A stretch of DNA of 64,000 nt from positions 18,035 to 82,034 of the forward strand of contig JBHHZZ010000004.1 of NCBI GenBank assembly GCA_046758325.1, given 5' to 3'. Shown here piece by piece: positions 28,026 through 38,476 of this stretch. A model generated the notes under the pieces. It was given only the letters and a program-made list of their open reading frames with translations. It was not told the DNA's origin and searched no databases. The DNA is from Thermoplasmata archaeon (GTDB lineage Archaea; Thermoplasmatota; Thermoplasmata; RBG-16-68-12; JAJISG01). Position 1 is the stretch's first letter. Every line of letters starts with the position of its first letter. Position numbers and translations under genes: made by a program.

Positions 28026-31000
28026 ATGATAAAGCAGGCCGAGGAGAGTTATGCGGCGCCACAGCTTGAAGAGAGAATCCAATCGCTCTGGAGCGAGAGC
28101 CAGGCCTACGAGCGAACGAAGGAGCATCGAAAGAGAGGAGAGAGGTTCCCCTTCATCGACGGCCCTCCCTACACCACAGGTAGCGTCCATGTGGGGACCG
28201 CCCGGAACAAGATCATCAAGGACACTGTGCTGCGCTGGCTTCGCATGCACGGTTATCACGTCAGGGACCAGCCTGGGTACGACATGCACGGCCTCCCCAT
28301 CGAGGTCCAGGTCGAACGGGCGCTGGGCATAAGGAACAAGAGGCAGATCGAGGAGGAGGTCGGTGTCTCAGAGTTCGTCAAGACCTGCAGGGACTACGCC
28401 CTAGAGAGGCTCCAGAGGATGACGGAGGAGTTCAGGGCCATGGGCATCTGGATGGACTGGGATCGGCCATACATGACCATCACCAACGACTACGTTGAGG
28501 CGGCCTGGTGGACCCTCCGTAGAGCCCATGAGAGAGGTCTCCTCGTGAGGGCAAAGAGGTCTCTCGAGTGGTGTCCCCGTTGCGAGACCCCCGTAGCCGG
28601 AAACGAGATCGAGTTCTGGGATGTGCGAGACCCGTCCATCTACGTGGAGTTCCCGTTGGAGGACTCCAGCGGAAGCCTCCTCATCTGGACGACGACTCCG
28701 TGGACCCTACCGTCCAACCTCGCCGTGGCGGTAAACCCGGAGTTCACGTACGCGAAGGTTCGGTATGGCTCGCAGGAGGGAGAGAATCGGATCTGGCTGG
28801 TGGACGAGAACGTGGACAGGGTGATGGAGTCGGCGGGGATTACCGACTACGAGGTGGTGGAGAAGGCGAAAGGGTCCCAGATGGTGGGCCTACGGTACAG
28901 GCACCCCCTCCTGGACCAGGTTCCCATACAGCAGGACTTCGAGGGTGAGTGGGTCCACCGAGTGTTGTCATCGGAGACGGTCACTCCAGAGTTCACGGGT
29001 CTGGTCCACATCGCTCCTGGTCACGGTCCGGAGGACTTCGAGATCGGTCTACAGAATGGCTTGGATCCCTTTAGCCCCATCGATAGCGCCGGCCGGTTCA
29101 CCAGCGAAGGAGGCAAGTACGCTGGCCTCCCGACGAAGGAGGCTAACGAGAGGATCATGACGGACCTGGATGGGGAGGGACTTCTCTTCCATCGGGAGGA
29201 GATGATCCACCGCTACGGCCACTGCTGGCGTTGCGACACACCGATCCTATATCGAGCCACCGACCAGTGGTTCATAAGAGTCACCCAAGTCAAGGACAAG
29301 ATGCTTTCAGAAGTGGCCCGGGTGGGATGGACCCCGGAGTGGGCCGGAAGCGCTCGGCAGTACGACTGGGTACTGAATGCCAAGGATTGGACCATATCGA
29401 GGCAGCGCTATTGGGGAATCCCCATGCCCATATGGGAGTGTCCCCGGGGTCACCAGAGGGTGGTGGGCTCCGCCGACGAACTGAAGGAAGGGGAGGGATA
29501 CGAGGAGGGAACGGACCTTCATAGGCCCCGGATTGACGGCGTCAGGCTGAGATGCGAGGAATGCGGACAGTGGATGAGCCGCGTCCCGGATGTCCTAGAT
29601 GTCTGGTTCGACTCCGCCGTGGCGTCATGGGCCAGCCTAGGTTATCCGAAGAGGAAGGAGGAGTTCGAGCAGTGGTGGCCCTGTCGGTGGATCGTGGAGG
29701 CCCATGACCAGACGCGGGGATGGTTCTATTCTCAGCTGGGAGCAGGAGTGGTCGCCTTCGATCGTTGCCCCTACGACAGCGTTCTCATGCACGGCTGGGT
29801 GTGGTCCCCCGAAGGCGAGGCCTTCTCCAAGAGTCGTGGCGAGGCCCTCACCCCCCAGGAGGTGGCAGACCAGTTTGGTATGGACGCCTTCCGACTCTAC
29901 GAGCTGAAGGCAGCCCCTCCCTGGGACGACTTCGCCTTCCACTGGGAGGAGGCCAAGAACGCCCACAGGACCCTCAACATCCTCTGGAACGTCCATCGCT
30001 TCGCCACGCTCTACATGTCCCTGGACGCCTTCGATCCATCGCGGCATTCCTTAGGTGAGCTGCAAAGTCAGATGCTTCCCGAGGATCGTTGGATCCTGAG
30101 CCGGCTCCAGGCCGTGATATGCGATGTCAGTCAAACCTTCTCATCCTACGATCTCCACAGGGCTACCCGGATCGTGGAGGATTTCATCGTCAAGGACCTG
30201 TCCCGTTGGTACGTGAGGCTTGTGAGGGACAGGACCTGGGTGGAGGGAGAGAGCCCGCTCAAACTCTGTGCCTACCGAGTCCTTTACGATGTCCTCATCG
30301 ACATCGCAAAACTCATAGCGCCTGCATGCCCCTTCATCGCCGAGGCCATCTACCAAGATCTAGGAGGTCCCCTGCCAACTATCCATATGGAGGACTGGCC
30401 CTCCCCGCATCCCGAGCTCAGGGACGAGGATCTAGAGGGGATGATGTCGAGGGTGAGGACCTTCGTCGAGAAGGTCGGCAGGCTGAGGCAATCGCGAAAC
30501 TACAAGCTGCGGTGGCCCGTCGCCAAGGTCGTCATCGCCCCCAACGATGAGGCGACGAAGGCGGCTCTCAACAACCTGAGGGACATCTTCGTGGGTCAGG
30601 CGAATGCAAAGGAGGTTGAGATTCTCAGCCCCGGGGAGGTGTGGGAAGAGCTGGTTCTCACCCTCACCCCTCAGGAGCCTACCATTGGAAAGAAGTACAA
30701 GTCGTGGCTCCCGTCCATAATCGAGGCGCTGTCCAAAGCTGACCCTGAGGAGGTGAAGCGGGCTGTGGAGAAGGGGTCCTACGAAGTCCACATCCAGCCC
30801 GGGCCGTTGCAGATTACGGCCGACATGGTGAGCTTCGAACATCGGGTCCCAGACGGCTTCGTCGCATGCCAGACCAGCGATGGCCTAGTGTACGTGGACT
30901 TCAGGAGGACTCCGGAGATTGAGGCAGAGGGCTACGCCCGGGAACTGGTTCGGCGCATTCAGCAGATGCGGAAGGAGATGGACCTCTCCGTCGAGGACTA

Positions 31001-31187
31001 CGTGAAGGCCGAGATTCAGTGCAGTCATCGTCTCGAAAAATTCTTCGATGGCTGGAGAGACTACATCTGCCGGGAGACGAGGTCGAGGGATGTCTCCATC
31101 AAGGCCCGGCCCCGGGGCACCCATGTCAAAGAGTGGGATCTGGAAGGGAACAAGGTCGTCATAGGCCTCACGAGGACCTCTCCCTGA
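28026..31187 (+). CDS. ileS: Isoleucine--tRNA ligase
   Basis: DGPPY..G.VHVGT, GYDMHGLPIE, WTTTPWT, HIAPGHG, ISRQRYWG, DQTRGWF, AFSKS (KMSKS variant). Confidence 0.97.
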   Translation: MIKQAEESYAAPQLEERIQSLWSESQAYERTKEHRKRGERFPFIDGPPYTTGSVHVGTARNKIIKDTVLRWLRMHGYHVRDQPGYDMHGLPIEVQVERALGIRNKRQIEEEVGVSEFVKTCRDYALERLQRMTEEFRAMGIWMDWDRPYMTITNDYVEAAWWTLRRAHERGLLVRAKRSLEWCPRCETPVAGNEIEFWDVRDPSIYVEFPLEDSSGSLLIWTTTPWTLPSNLAVAVNPEFTYAKVRYGSQEGENRIWLVDENVDRVMESAGITDYEVVEKAKGSQMVGLRYRHPLLDQVPIQQDFEGEWVHRVLSSETVTPEFTGLVHIAPGHGPEDFEIGLQNGLDPFSPIDSAGRFTSEGGKYAGLPTKEANERIMTDLDGEGLLFHREEMIHRYGHCWRCDTPILYRATDQWFIRVTQVKDKMLSEVARVGWTPEWAGSARQYDWVLNAKDWTISRQRYWGIPMPIWECPRGHQRVVGSADELKEGEGYEEGTDLHRPRIDGVRLRCEECGQWMSRVPDVLDVWFDSAVASWASLGYPKRKEEFEQWWPCRWIVEAHDQTRGWFYSQLGAGVVAFDRCPYDSVLMHGWVWSPEGEAFSKSRGEALTPQEVADQFGMDAFRLYELKAAPPWDDFAFHWEEAKNAHRTLNILWNVHRFATLYMSLDAFDPSRHSLGELQSQMLPEDRWILSRLQAVICDVSQTFSSYDLHRATRIVEDFIVKDLSRWYVRLVRDRTWVEGESPLKLCAYRVLYDVLIDIAKLIAPACPFIAEAIYQDLGGPLPTIHMEDWPSPHPELRDEDLEGMMSRVRTFVEKVGRLRQSRNYKLRWPVAKVVIAPNDEATKAALNNLRDIFVGQANAKEVEILSPGEVWEELVLTLTPQEPTIGKKYKSWLPSIIEALSKADPEEVKRAVEKGSYEVHIQPGPLQITADMVSFEHRVPDGFVACQTSDGLVYVDFRRTPEIEAEGYARELVRRIQQMRKEMDLSVEDYVKAEIQCSHRLEKFFDGWRDYICRETRSRDVSIKARPRGTHVKEWDLEGNKVVIGLTRTSP

Positions 31188-31977
31188 GGCCGGCCAGGGC
31201 GCTCTCCATAGCTTCCCTGAGTTTGGGAACCGTGGTGTAGTTCCCCAGCTCCTCAGGCCTTATCCACCTGTACTCCACATGCTCCCAGTCGAGGGTAACA
31301 TCTCCCCCTCGGACCTCGAAGATGAAGGGGTGAACGGCCCAGACTGTGTTGCTTTCCCTCCCCCTGGCTAAGACCACTTTGCCCTCGCTCATGAGCTTCA
31401 CATCCATGAACCCCGTCTCTTCCGCGATCTCCGTCCTAGCCCTATGAGTCGCTTCCTCCTCTTCCTCGATGTATCCTGACACTCCAGCCCAGTGTCCAGC
31501 GAAGCTGCCCACCGCCTCGCTCCTCCTCAGGAGGAGGATTCGATCATCAAACCAGAGGAAGGAGGTCACGACGTGCTTCACATCCACTCCCTCAATCTCC
31601 ACAAACCCCTCCCCCGCGTCCACCCGCACCATATCGCCGGTGCGAAAGAGGTCTGTCTGCACCTGGTCCACCATGGGTATCTCGCTGATGATGGCCCCAG
31701 TGGCTATCACCGCCTCGGCCTTGTCGCTCACCAAAGCAGCGGGCGCCCTACCTCTTGCTTTGAGGGAGTAGAGGACATAGGAGCCCGCGGTACTGCCCTT
31801 CCCACCGGGGAACACCAGGACTCTGCCAGTCACAGTCGTACCCTGAAAACCACTGCTCTCATCCAGGACTTCCCCAGTTTCCTTATCGATTCCCCCCAGA
31901 AGGGAGAGAGGATGGGGAAAGACGAGAGCCTCGCCTCTGGCCTTCTCGCTGTATATCCTCCTCGCCTTCAGTCTCAT
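31168..31977 (-). CDS. AcnX type II small subunit (DUF126; phosphomevalonate dehydratase small subunit) fused to a NUDIX hydrolase
   Basis: N-half SLLGGID..TG, GKGST.GSYVL, G.APAA; C-half Nudix box GYIEEEEEATHRARTEIAEETG and LDWEH..Y.W. Confidence 0.88.
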   Translation of the reverse strand: MRLKARRIYSEKARGEALVFPHPLSLLGGIDKETGEVLDESSGFQGTTVTGRVLVFPGGKGSTAGSYVLYSLKARGRAPAALVSDKAEAVIATGAIISEIPMVDQVQTDLFRTGDMVRVDAGEGFVEIEGVDVKHVVTSFLWFDDRILLLRRSEAVGSFAGHWAGVSGYIEEEEEATHRARTEIAEETGFMDVKLMSEGKVVLARGRESNTVWAVHPFIFEVRGGDVTLDWEHVEYRWIRPEELGNYTTVPKLREAMESALAGLRERSS

Positions 31978-33137
31978 CCTTTCCTCCTCATCAGCTCCTC
32001 AGAGTCATCGATAAGGACTCGCTGGCCTGAGAGGCTAGGCAGGTATACGGCAGCCTTGGCGGAGGGGCTGCCCACCTCCCTGGCCACCAGGTTTAGCGGC
32101 ATGACCTCAGGACACGTATCCAGGACAACACGACCCCCGCTCTCGCGAATGCGCCCTATTACCTCTGCGGCCCGCGCGGCAATGGCTCGGCTGGTGAAGG
32201 CCCAAACCGGCACCTTCGGACGGTAGGTCTCCATCAGGTCAGCCACCTCTTCCAGCTCTATCTCTGACAGCTGAGGACACCCAAAGGCAATCATCTCGTA
32301 GTCGTCTGCTGAAAGGAGCTGCTCCTTGGCCTCCTTGAACTCGGCCTCGGAGATTCTTATCTCCTCCAACCCTGAAGCGTCTGCCGCATCCCACTCTGGC
32401 GTTACCCCCCTGACGTGGAACATGTTGATCTCGCTACTCGTCGCCATGGCGGCTCCTAGTGCCTTCAGCTCATCCTCCGTTCCTCGAAGGCCCTCAATGA
32501 GAGGGACGCCCGATCCAAGAATCTTTCCCAGACAGTGGCCGAGGAGCGAGTACTCATAACCCCTGATGGACGGGCTCACGCGCACGCGGGTCGTAGCTCT
32601 CCGATTCTCGTCCAGGTGGAGCCCATAGTCGGGCGTCCATCCAGTTATCCCTGCCGCCAGGGCCGACGGGCCCCCCTCTCGGTTCGTCCTCGCTCCCAGG
32701 ATGGAGTTCGCGAAGATGGCTGCAGAGGACTCGGCCCAGGCCACGTGCTCTCCCGGGCCAGGCCTGTTGCCTATCTGGTATGGGATGCAGCTCCAAGTCT
32801 CCTCCACTCCCATCCTCCTATATGCCTCAACAATGCTAGCCTGTTTGGAGGCGAAGTCCTCCGGTATCCCCAGCTCTCTCCAGGCCCTCAGGTCCATCCC
32901 CACCGGATTGACCGTGGTTCTGACCTTCACCCTAGCTGTCTTGGAAAACTCCTGCAGGAACTCGAGCCCGGCGTCGCCGATGATTTTGTAGCTCGCGCCA
33001 GAGACATGGACGGACGTGACCTCGATAAGCCTCTCCGCTCCGTAGATCTCCCCCAGCGCCACTAGGAGTTCCATGGCTTTCCTCTCCGCCGGGGTGCCAT
33101 CCCGCAATAGTCTCTCCTGTTCCCTCGTAAGGTGCGT
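31974..33137 (-). CDS. Aconitase X large subunit (phosphomevalonate dehydratase large subunit), probable ACG start
   Basis: HVSGASY, SCIPY, WAESSA..FANS.LGARTNREGG, GCPQ, DTC, SAKAA.Y. Confidence 0.92.
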   Translation of the reverse strand, partial: THLTREQERLLRDGTPAERKAMELLVALGEIYGAERLIEVTSVHVSGASYKIIGDAGLEFLQEFSKTARVKVRTTVNPVGMDLRAWRELGIPEDFASKQASIVEAYRRMGVEETWSCIPYQIGNRPGPGEHVAWAESSAAIFANSILGARTNREGGPSALAAGITGWTPDYGLHLDENRRATTRVRVSPSIRGYEYSLLGHCLGKILGSGVPLIEGLRGTEDELKALGAAMATSSEINMFHVRGVTPEWDAADASGLEEIRISEAEFKEAKEQLLSADDYEMIAFGCPQLSEIELEEVADLMETYRPKVPVWAFTSRAIAARAAEVIGRIRESGGRVVLDTCPEVMPLNLVAREVGSPSAKAAVYLPSLSGQRVLIDDSEELMRRKG

Positions 33138-33141
33138 GACC

Positions 33142-33561
33142 TCAGTCCTCCCGAAAGTATTCAATGACGGCTTGGACCGCCTTATCCCTGCGTGCGGGAT
33201 ACGCAGCCACTTTGGCCTTCATGGAGATTATGTCGTCATGCCTCACTACCTTGAGCCGGCCCTGATAGGCCTCCTGCTTGTCGAATCTCAGGTGGAGCTG
33301 ACAGTCCTCGTCCACCCTCCTGTCCAGGTCCTTGAGGACAGCCTCCAGCTCGCCGGCCTCCCTCACCCTTTCCCAGAAGGCCCTTATGCTCTTCGAGTCC
33401 TCCAATGAAGCCGTGAATATGGCTATGGGGTTGCCGTGATAGCCCTCGGCCCTCGTGATGGTCGGCTTCTCGATACCGGTTACGAAGGCGAAAGCCTTGA
33501 GAACCCTTTCATTGTTCTCCGTAGCGTGGCCGTGAGCTCTAAACTCCAAGCGGTGGAACAT
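33142..33561 (-). CDS. DUF54-type predicted RNA-binding protein
   Basis: HATE...VLKA, EGYHGNPI, LRFDKQ.AY.G. Confidence 0.85.
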   Translation of the reverse strand: MFHRLEFRAHGHATENNERVLKAFAFVTGIEKPTITRAEGYHGNPIAIFTASLEDSKSIRAFWERVREAGELEAVLKDLDRRVDEDCQLHLRFDKQEAYQGRLKVVRHDDIISMKAKVAAYPARRDKAVQAVIEYFRED

Positions 33562-33565
33562 CCGA

Positions 33566-34111
33566 CTACCCGAAGATCTTTCTGAGGACCTCCTGCGTCT
33601 CCCCTATGAAATCGTCGAGGGAACCCTCGTTGACTATCATGTAGTCGGCAAGGGCGATGACCTTTCCCAGGCCCCACCTGAGCTCTCTCTGGTCCCTGAG
33701 CCGGAGCTGCTCCTCGGTCACGACATCATCCTTCCTCCCCCTTCTGGATATCCGGCGATACCTTGTCCCGGGAGAGGCGTGGACGGCGACTATGCAGAGA
33801 TGATCTGCAAAGGCTTCGCGGAAAGCATTCACCTCATCCGGACTCCTTACTCCGTCGATGACAACCCTGTCGGTGGAGACTCGCTCCAGGGTCCTCCTGG
33901 CCCAGATATCAGGGCCGTGGACCTGTCTCTCCTCGTGGGCCATGCCACCGACTCCTTCGTCTGTCAGGGATATTCCCCTCCTGGAGGCCTCCTCCCTCAC
34001 GACATCTCCCATCCTGATTACCGGCAGCCCCATTCGAGACGCTATCTTCAAGAACTCCTCCTTTCCACATCCCGGCATCCCAGTGACGCAGAGGGCAGTC
34101 TTGGAGGGCAT
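33566..34111 (-). CDS. P-loop NMP-kinase-fold protein (UPF0200 / dephospho-CoA kinase-like)
   Basis: TGMPGCGK, MGDVVREE, IDGVRS..EV, R.R.DD, RD.REL..G, ADY.I.N. Confidence 0.88.
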   Translation of the reverse strand: MPSKTALCVTGMPGCGKEEFLKIASRMGLPVIRMGDVVREEASRRGISLTDEGVGGMAHEERQVHGPDIWARRTLERVSTDRVVIDGVRSPDEVNAFREAFADHLCIVAVHASPGTRYRRISRRGRKDDVVTEEQLRLRDQRELRWGLGKVIALADYMIVNEGSLDDFIGETQEVLRKIFG

Positions 34112-34282
34112 CGGGCTTGCTAGCGGGGTGGCATAGATAACCGTTTTGGTGAAGGAGGGACCACGCCAGGGTGAGGTTCACTCCATGTCCCCGAGGAGTC
34201 CCACGAGGGCAGCGACTAACTGATAATTGAATGGAAAGACAAAAAGGAGCCTTCCCTGGTTTAGTGTGCACGGGAGGACTCC

Positions 34283-35086
34283 ATGGCAAGGGGGCCTAGG
34301 AAACTCACTGAAGGGATCCCAAGGGGCGTGGGTCGAGAACGTCAGTCCATCAGCGGATTAGTCCTTACGAGACCCGCCACATTCCTAGCAGTCATCCTTA
34401 CAGTCACCGCAGCGATGGCGCTTCCGGCCGTCATCACCAAGTCAGGTTTTCTGTCGAGTGAGGCTGCGGATTCTCCCTTCATCTTCAAGAGACAGGAGAT
34501 GGTACGGGACAACGAGATATACGTCAAGTCCGAGTACAGATGGGGGGACGTAGAGAGCTTCGAGGAGGAAACGGAAATCTGGGTAAAGGCCTGGAATGAC
34601 CTGGAGATGGAGCTCGAGTACGAGAGGGTGGTCAAGACCCCGGACCACGTGAGCATGCTCAAGTGGAAGGTAGAGATCCTCCTGGAGGCGGTTGTCTTCC
34701 TGTTCGTCGACGCCGATGGTGACGGCCTCTTCGAGATGGGTGACAGCCAGGTATCGATGAGGAAGCTCATCTTCAACGACATCCAATGGATCATCGACCC
34801 AGAGAATGAGAAGAACACCTTCGTGGTGACCGATGAGAACGAGTTCCTGGAGGCTACGATAACCATCTTCGGAGGTCTCACGGAGCCCGACGGCACCATG
34901 GATAATGAGCCCGAGGGCCACTTTACCTTCGGTCTCATCTCCTTGTGCAGCGAGGAGTCAACCCACATGGCGATCAAGGTGAAGGCGAACTTCCAGTACC
35001 CTGATCTCGACTCCCAGATGGTGGGCTACCTCGTCTCAGACTGCTCTGAGGGCATCACCGAAAACTGGTCATTCCCAGATGTCTGA
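34283..35086 (+). CDS. Hypothetical exported/membrane-anchored acidic protein
   Basis: N-terminal hydrophobic segment; DADGDGLFEMGD Dx[DN]xDG-like loop; host-like codon usage. Confidence 0.65.
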   Translation: MARGPRKLTEGIPRGVGRERQSISGLVLTRPATFLAVILTVTAAMALPAVITKSGFLSSEAADSPFIFKRQEMVRDNEIYVKSEYRWGDVESFEEETEIWVKAWNDLEMELEYERVVKTPDHVSMLKWKVEILLEAVVFLFVDADGDGLFEMGDSQVSMRKLIFNDIQWIIDPENEKNTFVVTDENEFLEATITIFGGLTEPDGTMDNEPEGHFTFGLISLCSEESTHMAIKVKANFQYPDLDSQMVGYLVSDCSEGITENWSFPDV

Positions 35087-35158
35087 TGGGTGTTCAGGGT
35101 TATCGAAAAGTAGAAATAAGCATCAGCCGTAGATTAGGCATTAGCGCGAGGGATTTCT

Positions 35159-36178
35159 ATGCCCCTGGAATTGAAACTTGAGGAGTTGAGATTTGGAACC
35201 GACCTGCTTAAGAGGGGCTTTGCGAAGATGCAGAAAGGCGGCGTCATCATGGACGTCACCAACGCCGAGCAGGCGGCGATTGCAGAGGAGGCTGGGGCCG
35301 TTGCTGTAATGGCCCTGGAGAGGGTGCCTGCGGATATCCGCTCGGCAGGCGGCGTGGCCCGCATGGCTGATCCGAAGAGGGTTCAGGAAATCATCGATGC
35401 TGTCACCATCCCCGTAATGGCCAAGACCAGGATCGGCCACGTCCTTGAGGCGAGGATCCTGGAGTCCATGGGAGTGGACATGATCGACGAGTCGGAGGTT
35501 CTCACGCCTGCCGATCCTTTCTTCCACATTTACAAGAGGGAGTTCACGGTGCCCTTCGTCTGTGGTGCCCGCTCCTTGGACGAAGCCCTGAGAAGGGTCT
35601 CAGAGGGTGCGGCCATGATTCGGACCAAAGGGGAGGCTGGCACTGGCAACGTGGTCGAGGCCGTAAGGCACATGCATCTCATGAATAGGGCCATCGCCGA
35701 GCTCAAGGAGATGGACACCGAGGAGTTCCGGAAGGTGGCATGCCACCATGCAAAGAGCTATCTCAGGTTGCTGGAGGAGGTCAGGAGGTCCCAGGGAAGG
35801 TATGATCCAGTGTCGGACGATGACGTCCTCTTCGCCAATGTTACACTGAAGGATGCCCAAGAGGGTCTCTTTGAGGTCCTAGTGGAGACCAGGGACATGC
35901 AGAGGCTCCCTGTGGTGAATTTCGCTGCGGGTGGTCTCGCAACACCGGCCGATGCGGCCCTGATGATGCACATGGGTTGCGACGGCGTCTTCGTCGGCTC
36001 TGGCATATTCAAGTCAGAGAACCCTGAGGACAGGGGAAGGGCCATCGTGGAGGCCGTCACCCACTTCGACGATCCCAAGATCGTGGCGGAGGTCTCCAAG
36101 GACCTGGGCGAGCCCATGAAGGGGCTGGATATCACTGAGCTTCCCGTGGAGGCTCGTCTGCAGGAGCGGGGCTGGTAA
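35159..36178 (+). CDS. pdxS: Pyridoxal 5'-phosphate synthase lyase subunit
   Basis: [50 protein letters not shown]. Confidence 0.97.
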   Translation: MPLELKLEELRFGTDLLKRGFAKMQKGGVIMDVTNAEQAAIAEEAGAVAVMALERVPADIRSAGGVARMADPKRVQEIIDAVTIPVMAKTRIGHVLEARILESMGVDMIDESEVLTPADPFFHIYKREFTVPFVCGARSLDEALRRVSEGAAMIRTKGEAGTGNVVEAVRHMHLMNRAIAELKEMDTEEFRKVACHHAKSYLRLLEEVRRSQGRYDPVSDDDVLFANVTLKDAQEGLFEVLVETRDMQRLPVVNFAAGGLATPADAALMMHMGCDGVFVGSGIFKSENPEDRGRAIVEAVTHFDDPKIVAEVSKDLGEPMKGLDITELPVEARLQERGW

Positions 36179-37124
36179 GCAGACCCAGCGCCTCCTGCCT
36201 CATCTCTTCAACTCCATGCCCCGTCAGTGCTGAGATCTGCAGCCGTCTTCCCGTCCCGGGCCCCAAGTCCGCCTTGTTCTCCACCTCCAGCAATGGGATC
36301 TCGGGGAACACCTCCTTCAGCTCCTTGAGCAAGCCCTCTTGCTGGTTCACTGGGTACCCACACGTACCCGTTGGGTCGAACAGGAAGATGATCAGATCCG
36401 CCAGGTGTCGGAGGGCCACCAGGGCCTTCCTCTCAACCTCGTTCCTCTCGTCAAGGGGACGGTCCAGAAGACCAGGGGTATCCATCACTTGGAATCGAGT
36501 GAAGTCCACCTCGAAGTGGCCCAGTGAGAGGTCCAGGGTCGTGAACGGATATTGGGCAACCTGAGGGCGACCAGTGCTCATTGCCCTGACGAGCTGACTC
36601 TTGCCAACGTTGGGAGACCCGGCCACGACGATTGTGGGAATGTTGGGGTCCACGGATGGAAGCCTCTTAAACGTCCTCTTGAGGTCGTTGAGAAACCTGA
36701 GATCGGAGTCTACCTCATGGATGATCGAGGAGACCCTGCCATAGCACGCCTTGCGTGCCCGCTCCACACCTTCCCTGTCGTCGCTCCTCCTGATGGCCCC
36801 CTTTGCCTGCCGCGAAACCTCTCCCACCTTGAGGTAAGCCCAACGGAGGGAGGCCAGGCTCCCCTTGATCTCATCCATGCCTGCCAGGATATCTATCAGC
36901 TCCCTGTAGAACACCGGGAGGTTATCCATCGTGGGGAAGGAGTCGTAGACCTTTTGTAGGGAAGACCTGATGGTTTCGCAGAAGGCATCCACCCTGGATT
37001 TGGAGCTCTCTCTGTACCTATCCAGGCCTCTACGGCCTTTGCCCCTGACCTTCTTCGTCCGCCTGAAGGCCTTGTCCAGCACCTCCTGAGCCGTCGGGAC
37101 GGTGGGAATCCTTAACACGACCAT
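36132..37124 (-). CDS. Nog1-family ribosome biogenesis GTPase
   Basis: [32 protein letters not shown]. Confidence 0.93.
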   Translation of the reverse strand: MVVLRIPTVPTAQEVLDKAFRRTKKVRGKGRRGLDRYRESSKSRVDAFCETIRSSLQKVYDSFPTMDNLPVFYRELIDILAGMDEIKGSLASLRWAYLKVGEVSRQAKGAIRRSDDREGVERARKACYGRVSSIIHEVDSDLRFLNDLKRTFKRLPSVDPNIPTIVVAGSPNVGKSQLVRAMSTGRPQVAQYPFTTLDLSLGHFEVDFTRFQVMDTPGLLDRPLDERNEVERKALVALRHLADLIIFLFDPTGTCGYPVNQQEGLLKELKEVFPEIPLLEVENKADLGPGTGRRLQISALTGHGVEEMRQEALGLLTSPAPADEPPREAQ

Positions 37125-37158
37125 CCAAAAGGAGGCCGGGGGAATAACCCTATCGCGG

Positions 37159-38295
37159 CTAGATCCCTTTCCTGACCCTCAGGAGGTCCACGGACTTCAC
37201 CAGGTCGCTCCGGGTGATGATGCCGATGATCTGCCCCTCCTGGGTGACGACGAGGCGGCCAATCTTGTGGCGAGACATCAACCTCAGGGCGTCCATCGCC
37301 TCCGCTCTCGGGCCTACGGTTACCACGTTCCCGCTCATGATCTGCCCCACCCTTACATGTTCGCGGCGCTCCCGCGGGACCTTGGAGGAATCCGCAAATG
37401 TCACCACCCCCTCCAGGTCGCCGTCCACCACGGGATAGCCCATGTGTTTCTCAGCCACCATCTTGTCGAGGAGTTCCGCTACCGTCATCTCCTTCGTGAC
37501 GGTGGAGACCTCCCGGGTCATAATTTCGCCGACCTTCACTCCCTCCAGGGTGAGGGTGATCTTTGTGAGCCTCTCCTCCTCTGTGGCTCCCAGGTAGACG
37601 AACAGGGCTATGAGAATGAGCCAGGCATTGTAGAACAGTCCGAAGATGCCGAAGGCAAAGGCGAAGGCCTTGCCCACAGAGGCGGCGGTCTCCGTGGCGT
37701 TCAGATAGCTCATCCGCCTCGCCAGGAAGGATCGAAGCACCCTACCCCCGTCCATGGGGAAGGCCGGTATGAGATTGAAGAGGGCCAGGACAAGGTTGTA
37801 GAAGGTGACTATGCCAAGGAGAGCCGCCAGCAGCTCCAGGGGCTTCGAAGCCGTCCAAAGGGGGACCTGGAGGAGACCGAAGCCCATTGCAGCGATGCCG
37901 AAGTTGACAGAGGGACCCGCCAGGGCGATGTCCAGCTCAGGTTTAGGCCGCCTCGGCATGTCTTCCACCTGGGCTATGCCCCCGAAGATGATGAGGACGA
38001 TGCCTCGAATCTTGGATTTGTATCGAAGGGCAACATAGGAGTGGCCGAGTTCATGGAGGAGGATGCACGCGAAGAAGATGATTGCAGCCAAAGCTCCCAT
38101 GAGGAACTTCACGATTGCGGCGGCCAGGGTTCCCATGAATGCAAGGTCCACCACACCGAAGCCCACGGGTAGGCCCAGCACCGTTTGGCTCTGAACGGAA
38201 AAGACCCAGGCGAAGACCGGGAGGATGATGAGGAAGGTGAGGTGAATGTAGATGGGGATGCCCATGATGGTGGCTACCCTAAAGGACCACTTCAT
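37159..38295 (-). CDS. M50 site-2 metalloprotease with CBS pair
   Basis: LLHELGH, AGP, FNLIPAFPMDGGR, two C-terminal CBS repeats. Confidence 0.95.
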   Translation of the reverse strand: MKWSFRVATIMGIPIYIHLTFLIILPVFAWVFSVQSQTVLGLPVGFGVVDLAFMGTLAAAIVKFLMGALAAIIFFACILLHELGHSYVALRYKSKIRGIVLIIFGGIAQVEDMPRRPKPELDIALAGPSVNFGIAAMGFGLLQVPLWTASKPLELLAALLGIVTFYNLVLALFNLIPAFPMDGGRVLRSFLARRMSYLNATETAASVGKAFAFAFGIFGLFYNAWLILIALFVYLGATEEERLTKITLTLEGVKVGEIMTREVSTVTKEMTVAELLDKMVAEKHMGYPVVDGDLEGVVTFADSSKVPRERREHVRVGQIMSGNVVTVGPRAEAMDALRLMSRHKIGRLVVTQEGQIIGIITRSDLVKSVDLLRVRKGI

Positions 38296-38476
38296 GTCGA
38301 TACTCAAGCGGCTAGCTCTCTATAACCCTTTTCTGCAAGGTCTGGTGAACCTTTCGAAAGTCTTTATCGGCAGCGGGAGGACGGGACACAAGCCCTCCTC
38401 CGACCCTTCAAAACCTCACCTCGTATATATTGTAGGAAGAAAAGGGACAAGACGGACCGACGTCAATCCGCGCTCG

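Noticed and set aside
35700-35900. ~40-aa insertion in PdxS
   Set aside because: Longer (~335 aa) PdxS forms are, to my recollection, already known in several archaea
36132-36178. 47-nt convergent overlap of pdxS and the Nog1 gene (similar overlaps at 1366-1399 and 31168-31187)
   Set aside because: Ordinary for compact archaeal genomes
37102-38172. Long antisense ORFs (also 17298-18272, 42917-43804, 48377-49354, 51583-52674)
   Set aside because: Shadows of well-supported genes, expected with GC-rich codon bias
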